Source: Flaccisagitta enflata
Lineage: Eukaryota
Assembly (NCBI GenBank): GCA_965153355.1
Contig: OZ231126.1
Coordinates: forward strand, 28,954,001 to 29,018,000
DNA length: 64,000 nucleotides
Direction: 5' to 3'
Positions 11,245-25,200 of this stretch are shown here, piece after piece (the first letter of the stretch is position 1; each line of letters begins with the position of its first letter). Position numbers and translations under genes: made by a program. The notes under the pieces were generated by a model. That model made no database searches. It was not told the DNA's origin and was given only the letters and a program-made list of their open reading frames with translations.

Positions 11245-13702
11245 TCATTTCAAGAATGTTCGATACAAAAATTTCGTCTTTGAAGTTTCTTTTTCTTGTT
11301 CCAGAAGGAATAATAAGTCCCTGAGGTTTACTCGTTTAATGCGCGGTCGAAGCTGAAACGGAAGAAAAGTTGGAAAGATATGCAATTCAACTTCAACGTT
11401 TTTGCACGAATTACATGGTAATGAAAATTATATTGGTATCCTAGTCAACCCCCGCCCCAACACAATGCAGGTGAGTCCGCGGTGGGACATCTGTACATGA
11501 GAAAAGTTGAGATAATATTATCTTACCGAAGAACCAGCCGTGGACGCGGATGTGGGGTCGTTCCCTAACGCCTCGCTGTCAAATGTCGAACTGGACGTCC
11601 CACCCACCTGTGCAGATAAATTAGTTAAATATTTTGAGATGTTTTCACGACAAGATGATCGTTCACATACTATCGATTGCAAGGACAATCAAGGCCGGAT
11701 TGACGGCCACCCAACTCGCGCGCAGGTGGGCAGGGGGTATCACAAAGAAAGGCTAACCATGCACGAAAGCAGGGGCAGGACTCGTTAATGCAGAAAAAAG
11801 TGTTACGGACTGACAGATATAGTAAGACCTTAAAAGGAAGCTCGTGTCGATTTTGCTTCCATGTAACAAAAACTTTATTGCCGATTGCTTCCAAGTAACA
11901 AAAACTCGTTTGCTGATTAATAATGAATTTCTCCCGCCATCTTCCACGTCAAAAATACAACAGCAACGTCGTCATGATACCTCGTCTCCTAGTTTCGCTT
12001 TCTTCTTCCTCGGTCCGATCGCCGCCAGCGCCGTTTCGTTGGCTTCCTCGTGTCGCCTCTGTTCGGCCTCCTTTAATTGAAGTTCCTTAGCTTTTTGTTT
12101 GAGACTGAGTTGCTCTGGATCTTCCATTTTGCTCCTGCTCTTAGCCGCCTTTAATAGTCTCTCGCGCTCTTGTTCGTCTTGTCTCTCTTTTTCGAGCCGA
12201 TCCAAGTCCGATAAGAATTTCAACTGAGATTTTACATCCGTCGTTACCTCGAACCGACCGTCCGACTGTTGATGCGGCGATCGAGTGGCAAAAGGTGGCG
12301 ATCGAGTGGAAAATGAGCGGCGATCGAGAGTTGATTGAGTGGCAAATTGGAGGGGGGAGGGGCGAAGATAAGGATAGAAGCAAAAGGTGGAAAACGATCT
12401 CAACTCAAATGCTCAAATTACATTCAGATACTAGTCAGAAAGAAATACATTGTTCAGCATACCTAATGGGAGTGGTGGGATAAAATGGGCCACCCACTTT
12501 GCTCAGCCCATGTATTTATTGATGCAGAATTTTTTTTCTTACAAAATAGACACAATAAGCCTTCCTTGATTGTTACAATCGCCAGTTTTTTCCTCAGACG
12601 CTTCGTAAAAAGTTAGTGACTTTTTTTTAACCCTGTCACATTTTTTACCCCCTGTGACCCATTTTACCCCTGGTAACCCATTGCTCTCCACTCTACCCTA
12701 CATCACGATGAAATCAAAGATGGCTAAATTATGCTGATTACCCTCAAAACGTCCATTCTGTGTTCGGCGATGAGGTTTAGTCTTTCCAAGAGGTTTTTAA
12801 GGCGCTGTTGAACGGCGTAGGCGATGACTGATGAAACATCCGGCGCCACCTCGTCCACGCCGGATTCCTTGGCCAAGTCGTGAATACGCTGATAAAGAGA
12901 ACGAACCAATGGAAGTGAATGTCATTCATATATGCATTGCAATATTGTTGGTGATTGGGTTGAGAAAGAGGAAGAAGGGGGGGGGGGAGAGACGATGAGG
13001 GGGAGACGATGAGGGGGGAGAGACGAGGGGGAACAGGGGAGGGGGAAAAGAGGAGGGGACAGGAGGATGAGGGGGACAGGAGGAGGAGGGGGACAGGATG
13101 ATGCTCAAGGGGGACAGGAGGATGAGGGGACAGGAGGATGAGGGGAAAAGGAGAGGAAATAGGTGGAAGATAAGGGGAGACATCGATGAAGAGGATGAGG
13201 AGCAGAGGAAGAAGAGATAAGAGGTGAGGAGGGGAACAAAGTCAGGAGAGAAGAACAGTGAGATACAATGCGGCGCGGCTGAACAAGAAAAAATTGTACA
13301 GGTTTTCCCTCAAATCTATGAAACAATCTAAAAAGACTTTTGAGCCTATGCTGGAGATTGAGGTACTGTCCCAACGCGCCGAGAAGGCCTCAGCATACAC
13401 GTACCTTGAGCAAGGGTGTGGCGCTCACGAGATCGGGTGAGTCCGAATACGACTCGATTTCTTTGGTTGACCGAATTCTCGTTCCGATCAAGTCCGCCTG
13501 TTGCCGAGGGTGGGAAGGTTTGCGCGAAAAAAATGTTAGTGGAAAATAACAATGCTGTCGGGGGCCGATGAATGATAATGAGAGCACATAACCGTGAGAT
13601 CAATAAACGCTAGTCTGTACCTGAGATGCAAGAATACGGGCGTTCTCTTCGTTGAGATTCACGCCACCCATCGCCGCCACATCATTGATGTCGTCGTCCT
13701 CT
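11245..13702 (-). CDS. TAF4: TAF4 C-terminal exons (histone fold and conserved C-terminal domain)
   Basis: DDDINDVAAMGGVNLNEENARIL; AYAVQQRLKNLLERL; QLKFLSDLDRLEKERQDEQERERLLKAAKSRSKMEDPEQ; RVNLRDLLFLLEQE. Confidence 0.95.
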
Positions 13703-14858
13703 CTGAAAAGCGCAAGTGGAACGGATATGAAGCAATTGTCATCGCCTTAAACTAATCTCACGCCTACTGTCCACTGCATTACTGATACATATCGCGACAA
13801 AGAAAAACTTCTGTAGTGGGGACTTAACTATCAGACCAGTGGACAAACGATCAGATACAGAGACAAAGACAACATACACTATACAGGCCATCAGGCCTAG
13901 GGACCGCCGATCAGAGAAAAACTTCTCACTAATCGGGAAAACTCAAATCAAAAATGAAAGTGAACAAAACGTAGATGAAACGGAGATGAAATGGTAAAAA
14001 AACTTACTCGTCATCGATTGTTATCTCTATTATCTCTTTTCTTGGATAATAGTTGGGTACTGCTGACCTAAAATAGCTGGATGGTTTTCATTTGAAGAAT
14101 TTAGGACACTAATTACAATAACGTCGCTCAAAAGTTCAAAGCACGCGGGTCGTCAAATGATAACTCACTTGAAGGCAGCACTGGCCGAGTGTTTCTCTTT
14201 CCGATGAACGTAGGGCGTCGGCGTCGGCGTCGTCGTCGTTGTCGTGATTTTGGAAGCACTAGAAGATAATGAAGCCGATGATGAGGATGATGAGGAAGAA
14301 GAAGAATCTCTAACATCTGATTTAGACGATCTCGATTGATTTCGATGAGTGGCGGTAGAGACTTGCACTATCCTCGGTCCACCACTTATCCCACCCATCA
14401 TCGCTGGATTCGGAATTACGGTAGCGCCGGGAGGCGCCTGAGGCGTTGTGGAAGGCGCGCTGACGACGATGGGCGCCGGCGATGGCGTCGATGCTTTCGT
14501 CGACATAACGCAAGTGTTTGGAACGTGAATAATGCGCGGTCCGCCAACCGTGCCGGCTGCGGCAGTGACGGCGACGGTACGCGCCATCGCCGATACAACG
14601 GTCGTCGTCGCTGCCGCCGCGGTCGTTACCGTCGCGACCGACGTTGATTGAGGTTGGGGTTGAGGTTGCGACTGAGGTTGCGAGACGGCAGCCATCATAG
14701 CCGCTCCCGGTCGGATGCCCATGCCCGCTACGATGGTGCCGCTAGGAGTCCGAATCAACTGGGTTCCTACGAGGTTGTAATTAGCGAATAACAATAGTGA
14801 AAGACAAACAGAAAAGGAAAGAATGGAAAGAAAAAGAAAGAGAGAAAGAAAGAAAGAG

Positions 14859-14892
<34 letters not shown>

Positions 14893-16437
14893 GAAGAAAG
14901 AAAGAAAGACTGTAATTTTTGAAGCTTTCTCGTTGCGTAAACGCAACTCGAGAGGATACACTACAAGACAGCAATTTCAAGAAAAAAAAATATTGTTTTA
15001 ATGATGACAAAACTTGACAATGATAACAATAGTGGATGATGATGATGATGACAACAATGAATGATAATGACAACCAAAATCTAAGGAAAAAATATTAAAA
15101 AAAAAATTCAAAAAAAAAAAAAAAATTTCAAAAAAAAAAATTTCGAAAAAAAAAATTTTCAAAAAAAAAAAAAAATTTCAAAAAAAAAAAAAAAAATTTG
15201 CAAAAAAAGTTTACAAAAACTTTTCAAACAATTTAATAGTTGAAGATGATGACAGTAGTTGAAGATGATGACAGTAGTTGAGGATGATGACAGTAGTTGA
15301 AGATGATGACAGTAGTTGAAGATGATGACAGTAGTTGAAGATGATGACAGTAGTTGAAGATGATGACAGTAGTTGAAGATGATGACAGTAGTTGAAGATG
15401 ATGACAATAGTTGAAGATGATGACAATAGTTGAAGATGATGACAGTAGTTGAAGATGATGACAGTAGTTGAAGATGATGACAGTAGTTGAAGATGATGAC
15501 AGTAGTTGAAGATGATGACAGTAGTTGAAGATGATGACAGTAGTTGAAGATGATGACAGTAGTTGAAGATGATGACAGTAGTTGAAGATGATGACAGTAG
15601 TTGAAGATGATGACAGTAGTTGAAGATAATGACAGTAGTTGAAGATGATGACAGTAATTGAAGATGATGACAGTAGTTAAAGATGATGACAGTAGTTGAA
15701 GAGGATCACAGTAGTTGTAGATGATGATAGTAGTTGAAGATGAATCTTGAAATCCATGATAGCAAACCTAAAAAAAAATCAGAATGTAATAAATGAGCAA
15801 GTAAAAGAACTCCAATCCTCTATATAAATCAAAGTTCTAGTAACATATTACTACTTTAATAAGCTAATATCTTATAAACCAGACTTCAGATTTAATTTGA
15901 ATTTTGCAGGGGCAGTTCAATTAATATCCTTTACTTGTATACAAATTAAAAAAGCTTAATTACAGTCGACTGGGACTGTAATTTTTGAAACTGTCAATAG
16001 CGACTCGAGAAGATACACTACCAAAAAAAAAAAAAAAAAAAAAAATTCAAAAAAAAAATTTCAAAAAAAAATTTTTTTCAAAAAAATTTTTTCAAAAAAA
16101 TTTTTAAAAAAATTTTCAAAAAAATTTTCAAAAAAATTTTTCAAAAAAAATTCAAAAAAAAAAATTTTTCAAAAAAAAAATTTTGGAAAAAATAATTGAT
16201 GTCCATGATGGCATGCATACCTTACAGTCCATGACGGCATACCTTCAAGTCCATGACGGCATACCTTAAAATCCATGACGGCACACCTTGAACATTAAAC
16301 ACTGAAGTCCAAGAAGGCAAACCTTGGTCCTTGGAGTCCTTGACGGCAAACCTTGTGTTAGAGGAATGGCATGGGTTATTTTATGCAATATCAGCAATAT
16401 GTTTTTAAAACAGTCCACGGGAAGAAAAAACACACTG

Positions 16438-16513
<76 letters not shown>

Positions 16514-18403
16514 CCCACCACAATAATATATTACTACATAAATAAGTTTATATCTCATAAACTAGACTTCAGATTTAAATCGAATTTTGCAGGAGCTGTT
16601 TAATTGACATTATTTACCTGTTTACTAAGTTTTAAAAAAATTCATAAACTTTTACTACCCTTTGCCTATGAAAACTGCTGAAGTCCTAGTAACATATTAC
16701 TACATAAATAAGCTAATATCTCATAAACCAGGCTTCAGATTTAATTCGAATTTTGCAGGGGTTGTTTATTTACTATCCTCTACTTGTATACCAAATTAAA
16801 AAAAAATTCACATGAGTTTACTACCCTCTGCGCATATAAATCGCCTAAGTCCCAGTAACATATTACTACATAAATAAATTAGCTAATATCTCATGAACCA
16901 GACTTCAGATTTAATTCAAATTTTGCAGGGGTTGTTTATTTACTATCCTCTACTTGTATACCAAATTTAAAAAAAATTCACATAAGTTTACTACCCTCTG
17001 CCTATGTAAATCGCCTAAGTCCAGTAAAATATTACCATAAAAAAATGGGCAAAGGGTAGTAAAAGTTAGTGAATTTTTCTGAAAATTGGTACACAAGCTC
17101 CTATTGACCTATAAACAACACCAGCAACGTTTCATAAAATTCTGAAGTCTGGTTCCAAAAATATGAGAGGGTTTTAAACAAACAGACAGACAGACAAACA
17201 GACTACACATCACTGCTACTTCATAGTCACCGACGAAAACTGTTCGTCGGGGACAAAAAATTCACATAACTTTGCTACCCTTTGCCTATGTAAACTGCCT
17301 AAGTCATAGTAAATAAATAAGCTAATATCTCATAAACCAGACTTCAGATTTAATTCAAATTTTGCAGGAGTTAGTTACTTACTACCCTCTACTTGTGTAC
17401 TAAATTAAAAAAAAATTCACATACCTTTACTACCCTTTGCCTATGTAAATTGCCTAAGTCCTAGCAACATACTACTACATAAATAAGCTAATATCTCAGG
17501 AACCAGACCTCAGATTTAATTCGAATTTTGCAGGGGTTGTTTATTTACTACCCTCTGCTTGTATACCAAATTAAAAAAAAATTCATAAACCTTTACTACC
17601 CTCTACCTATGTAAACCACCTAAGTCCCAGCTAAATATTACTACAAAAGTAATAGGCAAAGGGTAGTAAAAGTTAATGAATTTTTCTGAAAATTGGTACA
17701 CAAGCTCCCATTGACATAAAAATACCACTGGTAAAGTTTCATGAACTTCTGAGGTCTGGTTCAAAAGATATGAGAAGGTTTTAAACGCCAACGCCAACGC
17801 CAACGCCAACGACAGACTACACGATCAGGTCCATCACATAGTCACCGACGAAAACTGTTCGTCGGGGACAAAAAAGGGAAAAAGAAAGAAAGGGAAAAAG
17901 TAAGGAAGGGAAAAAGAAAGGAAGAGAGCGTCAAAGAAAGAGACAAAAGAGTCCAAGAAAGAAAACGACAAAGAAAGAAATAAAGAGACAAAGAAAGGGA
18001 AAAAGAAAAAGGAAACAAGCCCGACCGGGCAACGATGCGTCCAGGCTGTCTTAGCGTGTATTGATCATGTGATATATATAAGCGTGTATTGATCAAGTGA
18101 TATATATAAAGAGACAGATGGACAAACAGACGGGTGAAATGACTAAGTAGTAAAGGAGGCTCTCTAAACATGTTGATTGATCATTTGTGTCAGTAAGGGA
18201 TCTCACCGCGGCCAAAACAGCCGAGAAACACGGTTTTTGCACTTGCGTAATGGACGGACCAACAGACTAACGGACAGACCCTCTTATAGAGATGCGAGGA
18301 CGCATCTAAAAAGAAAAAGAGTCAAAGAAAGAAAACGTCTACGACAGAAAGTCAAAGAAGAAAGATAAAGAGACAAAGAAAGAAAGAGGCAAGGAAAGAG
18401 GCA

Positions 18404-18498
<95 letters not shown>

Positions 18499-19159
18499 CG
18501 AGAAAACGGAAAGAGGGGAGGGAGAGGTTAGAAGGGGGGAGAAAGAACGGCTCTTCGCAAAAACGACTACACAGCATTGCAGAAGAAAACCATCATGAAA
18601 TATCTAGTGACTAAACCCGTAACAGACTTACCCGGCATGCCATGTTGAATAACTGGTTGCCCCGGAGCTGCCAGCGCGAAAGCGGGACCCCCAGGCGTGC
18701 CCGCGATGATGGTCGGTCTAAAGCCGGCCGTAGCGGCAGAGGAAGTGATCACACGTTGCTGTTTGAAACGGATATATAGAGCAACGAAATGTATTGATAA
18801 ATTATGTATCATCCAACACAGAGTACACTGCGACCGACCGTCTACTATCACTTGACTAACAGGATGTGCAAAAAATTTGGTATTTTTTTGGAAAAGCATG
18901 TAAAAGCCACCCTATACAGACACTTTCATCTAAGTTGATGTTAATTATGTCAATTAACCATTTTTGAATGTGTATCAAAGGATAAGCAGCAAAGATTTCT
19001 GAAAAAAAGGGTGATGGAGGGCAGGAAAGGCCCATTTGCAGTAGTCCAAGAAATGTTTTCCGCAATGGACAAAAAAGCTTCAAAATTACAGTCCCCGACT
19101 GGGGACTGTAATTTTTGAAGCTTTCTCGTCGCGTAAACGCGACTCGAGAAGATACACTA

Positions 19160-19206
<47 letters not shown>

Positions 19207-22200
19207 AAAAAAAATTTTAAAAAAAAAAAAAAAAAAAAAATTTCAAAAAAAAAAATTTTTTTTGAAAAAATATTCGATGTCCATGATGGCATGCATACCT
19301 TTCAGTCCATGACGGCATACCTTAAAGTCCATGACGGCATACCTTAAAGTCCATGACGGCATACCTTTAAGTCCATGACGGCATACCTTAAAGTCCATGA
19401 CGGCACACCTTAAAGTCCATGACGGCACACCTTGAACATTAAACACTTAAGTCCAAGAAGGCAAACCTTGGTCCTTGGAGTCCTTGACGGCAAACCTTTT
19501 TGTGTGTGCGTGTGCGTGTGTGTGTGTGTGTGTGTACTCCCACAACAGTAATATATTACTACATAAATAAGTTTATATCTCATAAACCAGACTTCAGATT
19601 TAAATCGAATTTTGCAGGAGCTGTTTAATTGACATTATTTACCTGTTTACTTAGTTTTAAAAAAATTCATAAACTTTTACTACCCTTTGCCTATGAAAAC
19701 TGCTTAAGTCCTAGTAACATATTACTACATAAATAAGCTAATATCTCATAAACCAGGCTTCAGATTTAATTCGAATTTTGCAGGGGTTGTTTATTTACTA
19801 TCCTCTACTTGTATACCAAATTAAAAAAAAATTCATAAACTTTTACTACCCTTTGCCTATATAAACTGCCTAAGTCCTAGTAATATATTACTACATAAAT
19901 ACGCTAATATCTTATAAACCAGGCTTCAGATTTAATTCGAATTTTGCAGGGGTGGTTTATTTACTATCCTCTACTTGTATACCAAATTAGAAAAAAATTC
20001 ACATACTTTTACTACCCCCTACCTATGTAAACCACCTAAGTCCCAGCTAAATATTACTACAAAAATAATAGGCAAAGGGTAGTAAAAGTTTATGAATTTT
20101 TTTGAAAATTGGTACACAAGCTCCTATTGACCTATAAACAACACCAGCAAAGTTTCATGAAATTCTGAAGTCTGGATCCAAAGATATGAGAAGGTCTTAA
20201 ACAGACTCACCCACCCACCCACAAACAGACTTACACGATGAGGTCCACCTCATAGTCCACCGACGAAAACTGTTCGTCGGGGACAAAAAAAAATGATGTA
20301 TGATTCAATATTGTTTTTGCAGGTTTTTCAAGATTCTTAGACTAAATTTAAGGCATTATGGTTGTCCTGTTTGATAAAAGAATATCAGTGTTCCTTTACC
20401 ACTTTGGGATACCAGTCATTATATCGTTTTTAGCTACACATAATCGCTGTTTTTACCACATTTTTCCCGGTAAAAATCCCGTGAAAGTATACCTCCAGCA
20501 TAACTACCTGTTTCGCAAACCAGGGAAGCTGAATGCAATACCAATGCACTTTAGCACTCAGTAGGCCTAACTGTGAGATTGTGTTTCATATTTCATCTTC
20601 CTGGGCCATCTAGAAGTATAGTTTTTGGGATAATATGCAAATACCAAATTCTTTGCTAACCCTGTTATAACCGAAATTACAACCCCTACATCCATCCAAC
20701 CATCCTATACATCACAACGATGTTTTGAAGGGAAAGCAGGCATTTCCTTAATAACTATGGCAAAAAAAAATTTTGCAGAGATTTTCGGACAACCAAAAAT
20801 GGTAGTAAATATCAACCGATTTGGATGAAAATTTAGGCGTTACTAGGGTGAATAATCTTAAAGATGCTGTAAAAAAATCAAGGATTTACTCTGAACCGTT
20901 TGGCCGCAATCCACATTTTTCTAAAATTTGTCTAAATTTCATTTGCCCATTATCTTTTTATTCTTAGTGATATTCTCATTCCATAAAACTATACAAAAAA
21001 TGCTCCGACGTTCATAAAATTTTTACTGTAGCTGGGAGACATAATTAGGGGGTAGCAGCTAAAAAATCATGCGGAAATTCCAAAAACTCTAGCTGCAAGA
21101 GCATTCTTTCTTTTCCTTGTCATTTAAAAATGTGTCTCCCTTTGATTTTCATCAATTTCTAAACTTTGCCTTTTTTACTCAAATTGCTCTCTACCCCCCA
21201 AAAATTGGAGGAATTCAATAATTTTTTTACCCAACCATCTTCACAATATACTTTAGCTTCAGTTCAATTTCTATGAAAATTGGATAACGTTAAGTATGGT
21301 TTTACATAGTTTTTGTTTTCCGCAAAATTTTTTTTTTGCCATAGTTAAAGGTCTAAATCGAGGTGTAGTGATGCATTCAATGCAAATCCATTTCAGCTTA
21401 CCGACAAAATGAGAGGATGTTGACCCGAGGCGACCCCGGCTAATTGATTGGGCACAACGGTGACGCCGGATATGGATGAGGAAGTGGGCGTCGCGCTGGC
21501 TGAGGATGACGCCGACGAGGCTGCCGCCGGCATCGACGTCGCTGACGAGGATACGTTGACGATGGCGGTAATGGAACTGGCGGGCGGAGCACGAACGCCA
21601 TCGATGGACATGATTCCGTTAGCGAGTGATTGGCGCAAAAGCGGAAGTGACTTTTTTAGGAATGGAACGAGGTATGGCTGAGGACTGAAAGATGAGAAGA
21701 GGGGGGGGGGGAATCTACTGCGTGCTTATGTATACGCGCTCGTATGCATGCGTGTAATAACTAGGATCATAGCTTAGATGGTAGATTCATATTCAGGGTT
21801 CATATACCGTAACTTTTTCTCTTAATAGTCAGTACCTGGATTTCAACTCAATCTGCAGTTGCTCGGTGAATTTTTCGGGTTGAATTTTGCCATCGATCAA
21901 ACCCTGAAGGGATAAATGAAATTTCGTTAGCTGGACCGTAGAATACGCATGTCAGGGTGCCAAAAACGGGCGAAACTGGCTTTCCCCCGCCATCATCTTT
22001 TTCCTTTGTAAAAGCCCTGTCAAATGAGCCATCGCGCAACCTTCAATTTGATCGGGAACCATCATTAGGGCGTGGTTGAAGTTTGTATTGACTTAGCATT
22101 AAAATCATAATTTATATTATGCAAATTTCGCCTTTGCTATAGATTTCTATGGAAACTTCATGGTCACTCTAACGATGGTTCCCGATTGATTTGAAAATCG

Positions 22201-25200
22201 CGCAACGGCTAATTTGATAGCATTTAAGCAAAGGAAACACATGATGGCGGGGACAAAGCCAGTTTTGGCCGATTCCGGCACTCTGACATGCGTACCGTAG
22301 AACCAACTGATAATATGCTCTTTTTATGACAAAACCGCACTATTTTGTCTTATATACCTGTATTAAATCTTTTACATTCCGTATCGTTTCGGCGGGTTGA
22401 CTCCCAGCTAACTTGATCAAGGTAGAGAGAAAGTTCTTGCATTTCTTCACGTTCTCCATAGCGTTGCCTGAAAATGCCAGAACAAATATTTGATAACCAC
22501 CAATTGGAAAGATGAGCAAGTACCCAGTCCTCCTGAGGGATGCATCGCATAGTCCGTGGCGAAAAGATATTCGATATTGACCCAAAACGAAGTTTGTCAT
22601 GCGAACTGCGCCTAGAGCTTCATTTCAATCACAAAATACAAATTAAGTTCAAGCAAATACATTTTATTTTTGGTTTCATTCTCCGTCATTTCAGGACACT
22701 TATTTGAAGTTAAAGAGAGTCACCGAGAAGTTGCAATACACAGGTTAGGATGGAATATAAAATGCTATATGTCACTTTCTAACCCACCATACCCTACAGC
22801 CCAAACCACCTACAGTAGAGTTATGAAATTTGGTATGGAAAGTCAGTGGGGGAATACTTTTGGGGCCATCAGAGGGTTTTTTTCAATTTCCGCCCCTGAG
22901 TGGAGATATGGGGGTGGGGTGGGGTAGCCCCTGAGGGCTGAAAAATCTCAAATTCTTTTTTTGAAATTTTGGATTTTTTTCAATTGGATATGTTGTATAA
23001 GGCTCCAATAAACATAAAAAACTAAAAATTCTGATTTTAACTGATATTATGAGTATTTTCGATATTTCTGAATTGCTTCGTTTTAATGTTCAAAAGTGCA
23101 TAACTCCTCAAATTTTGATAATAATTCAATAATTTTTGTATATTTAGCATGGTATGAACTAGATTTAACCAATACAATTCAAAAATTTGAAAAAATTGCA
23201 AAAAATTTTTTTTTTGATTTTTCAACCCTTGGGGGTTACCCCACCCTACCCCCATATCTCTGCTCAGGGACGGAAATCGAAAAAAACCCTCTGATGACCC
23301 CAAAAGTATTCCCCCACTGACTTTCCATACTAAATTTAATGTCTCTACTGTAAGTGGTTTGGGCTGTAGGGTATGGTGGGTTAGAAAGTGCCATATAGCA
23401 TTTTATGAATTCCATCCGAACCTGTAATGCATAATATTCCTATCGTCATAGATCAATTGCATTAAGAGCGTCAAGTTAGGTCGGGGCAACTAACTGACAC
23501 ATCGGTGAGAGCTGCGCAGCCGTGTCTAAAAGGACCCAACTCCTCAAAATAAATGTGACCCTTTGGTAGCTTACTTTGAGCAGCGGCGTTATTATTGGCG
23601 TTATTAGCGACGGCGGAGAGCGGTTGAGCGACGAAGGTGGCGCCAGGTGGCAGCGCCGGAGGAGGCATGGCGCCGGAGGCCGATGACGCGGCGACAGGTG
23701 ACGATACCGTCGTTACAACGCCGCCAGTCACAGGACGGATCTAGGAAGAATGGATGGAAAATTATTTTTTAAGAGCAGGGGTAAACAAAAGGCATGGGGG
23801 AAAACAAAAGGCAAGGGTGAAACAAAAGGCAAGGGTGAAACAAAAGGCAAGGGTGAAACAACAGGCAAGGGTGAAACAACAGGCAAGGGTGAAACAAAAG
23901 GCAAGGGTGAAACAAAAGGCAAGGGTGAAACAAAAGGCAAGGGTGAAACAAAAGGCAAGGGTGAAACAAAAGGCAAGGGTGAAACAAAAGGCAAGGGTGA
24001 AACAAAAGGCAAGGGGAAACAAAAGGCAAGGGGGAAACAAAAGGCAAGGGGGAAACAAAAGGCAAGGGGGAAACAAAAGGCAAGGGGGAAACAAAAGGCA
24101 AGGGTGAAACAAAAGGCAAGGGTGAAACAAAAGGCAAGGGTGAAACAAAAGGCAAGGGTGAAACAAAAGGCAAGGGTGAAACAAAAGGCAAGGGTGAAAC
24201 AAAAGGCAAGGGTGAAACAAAAGGCAAGGGTGAAACAAAAGGCAAGGGTGAAACAAAAGGCAAGGGTGAAACAAAAGGCAAGGGGGAAACAAAAGGCAAG
24301 GGGGAAACAAAAGGCAAGGGGGAAACAAAAGGCAAGGGGGAAACAAAAGGCAAGGGGGAAACAAAAGGCAAGGGGGAAACAAAAGGCAGGGGGAAACAAA
24401 AGGCAAGGGGGAAACAAAAGGCAAGGGGGAAACAAAAGGCAAGGGGGAAACAAAAGGCAAGGGGGAAACAAAAGGCAAGGGGGAAACAAAAGGCAAGGGG
24501 GAAACAAAAGGCAAGGGGGGAAACAAAGGGTAAGTCGAGAAAATATAAGGCGAGTGGAGAAAGCATAAGGGGAGAACAAAAGACAAGTGGGGAGAACAAT
24601 AGGTAAGTGGATAAAACAGAAGGCAAGTGAGAAAAACATGGGTAACTGGGAAAAACACATGGGCTATTGAAAAAAAAGTCAATAGGATGACAGGCGATTT
24701 AAAGCAGGACTCAAATAGGTGTACCGGTGCTTTCAGTGGATGGCTACCTGCGCTGTAGCGACGGTCGGTAACTGGCTATTTGTAGCCGCGGAGCTCACGG
24801 AGTGAGCAATTTGTGGCTGCACCACCGATGGAGTGACAGTTCTTGTGATCCCACCCCCGGTCGCGGACATGGCGAGGCCACTTCCAACGGTCCCATTAGT
24901 TGGCTGGGACACCGCCACTGGTGAAGGAGCCACGGCATTTGGCGTAACTGCCTGGGCGAACCTGGAAGATAAAGCATACATCAACGTAAAGTTACGACGA
25001 ACAGATCCTAAGTTTTTGACCTCCAAAATAACTACACTTCTTCGTCTATTATTATACCACCGGAACTTACAGAATTGAAAGATTCACTCTAGAGAAGTCA
25101 CAGGTCAGTAGAAACGCAAATGTTACCGTCAAATTTAAATTGACTCTGAAGTAATGCCTCTTTGCCTACAGTAACACCTGAGCATTGAACCTATCACAGT

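Noticed and set aside
23728-24682. Several 270-310 aa ORFs on both strands
   Set aside because: Translations of a stop-free 18-bp minisatellite inside a TAF4 intron
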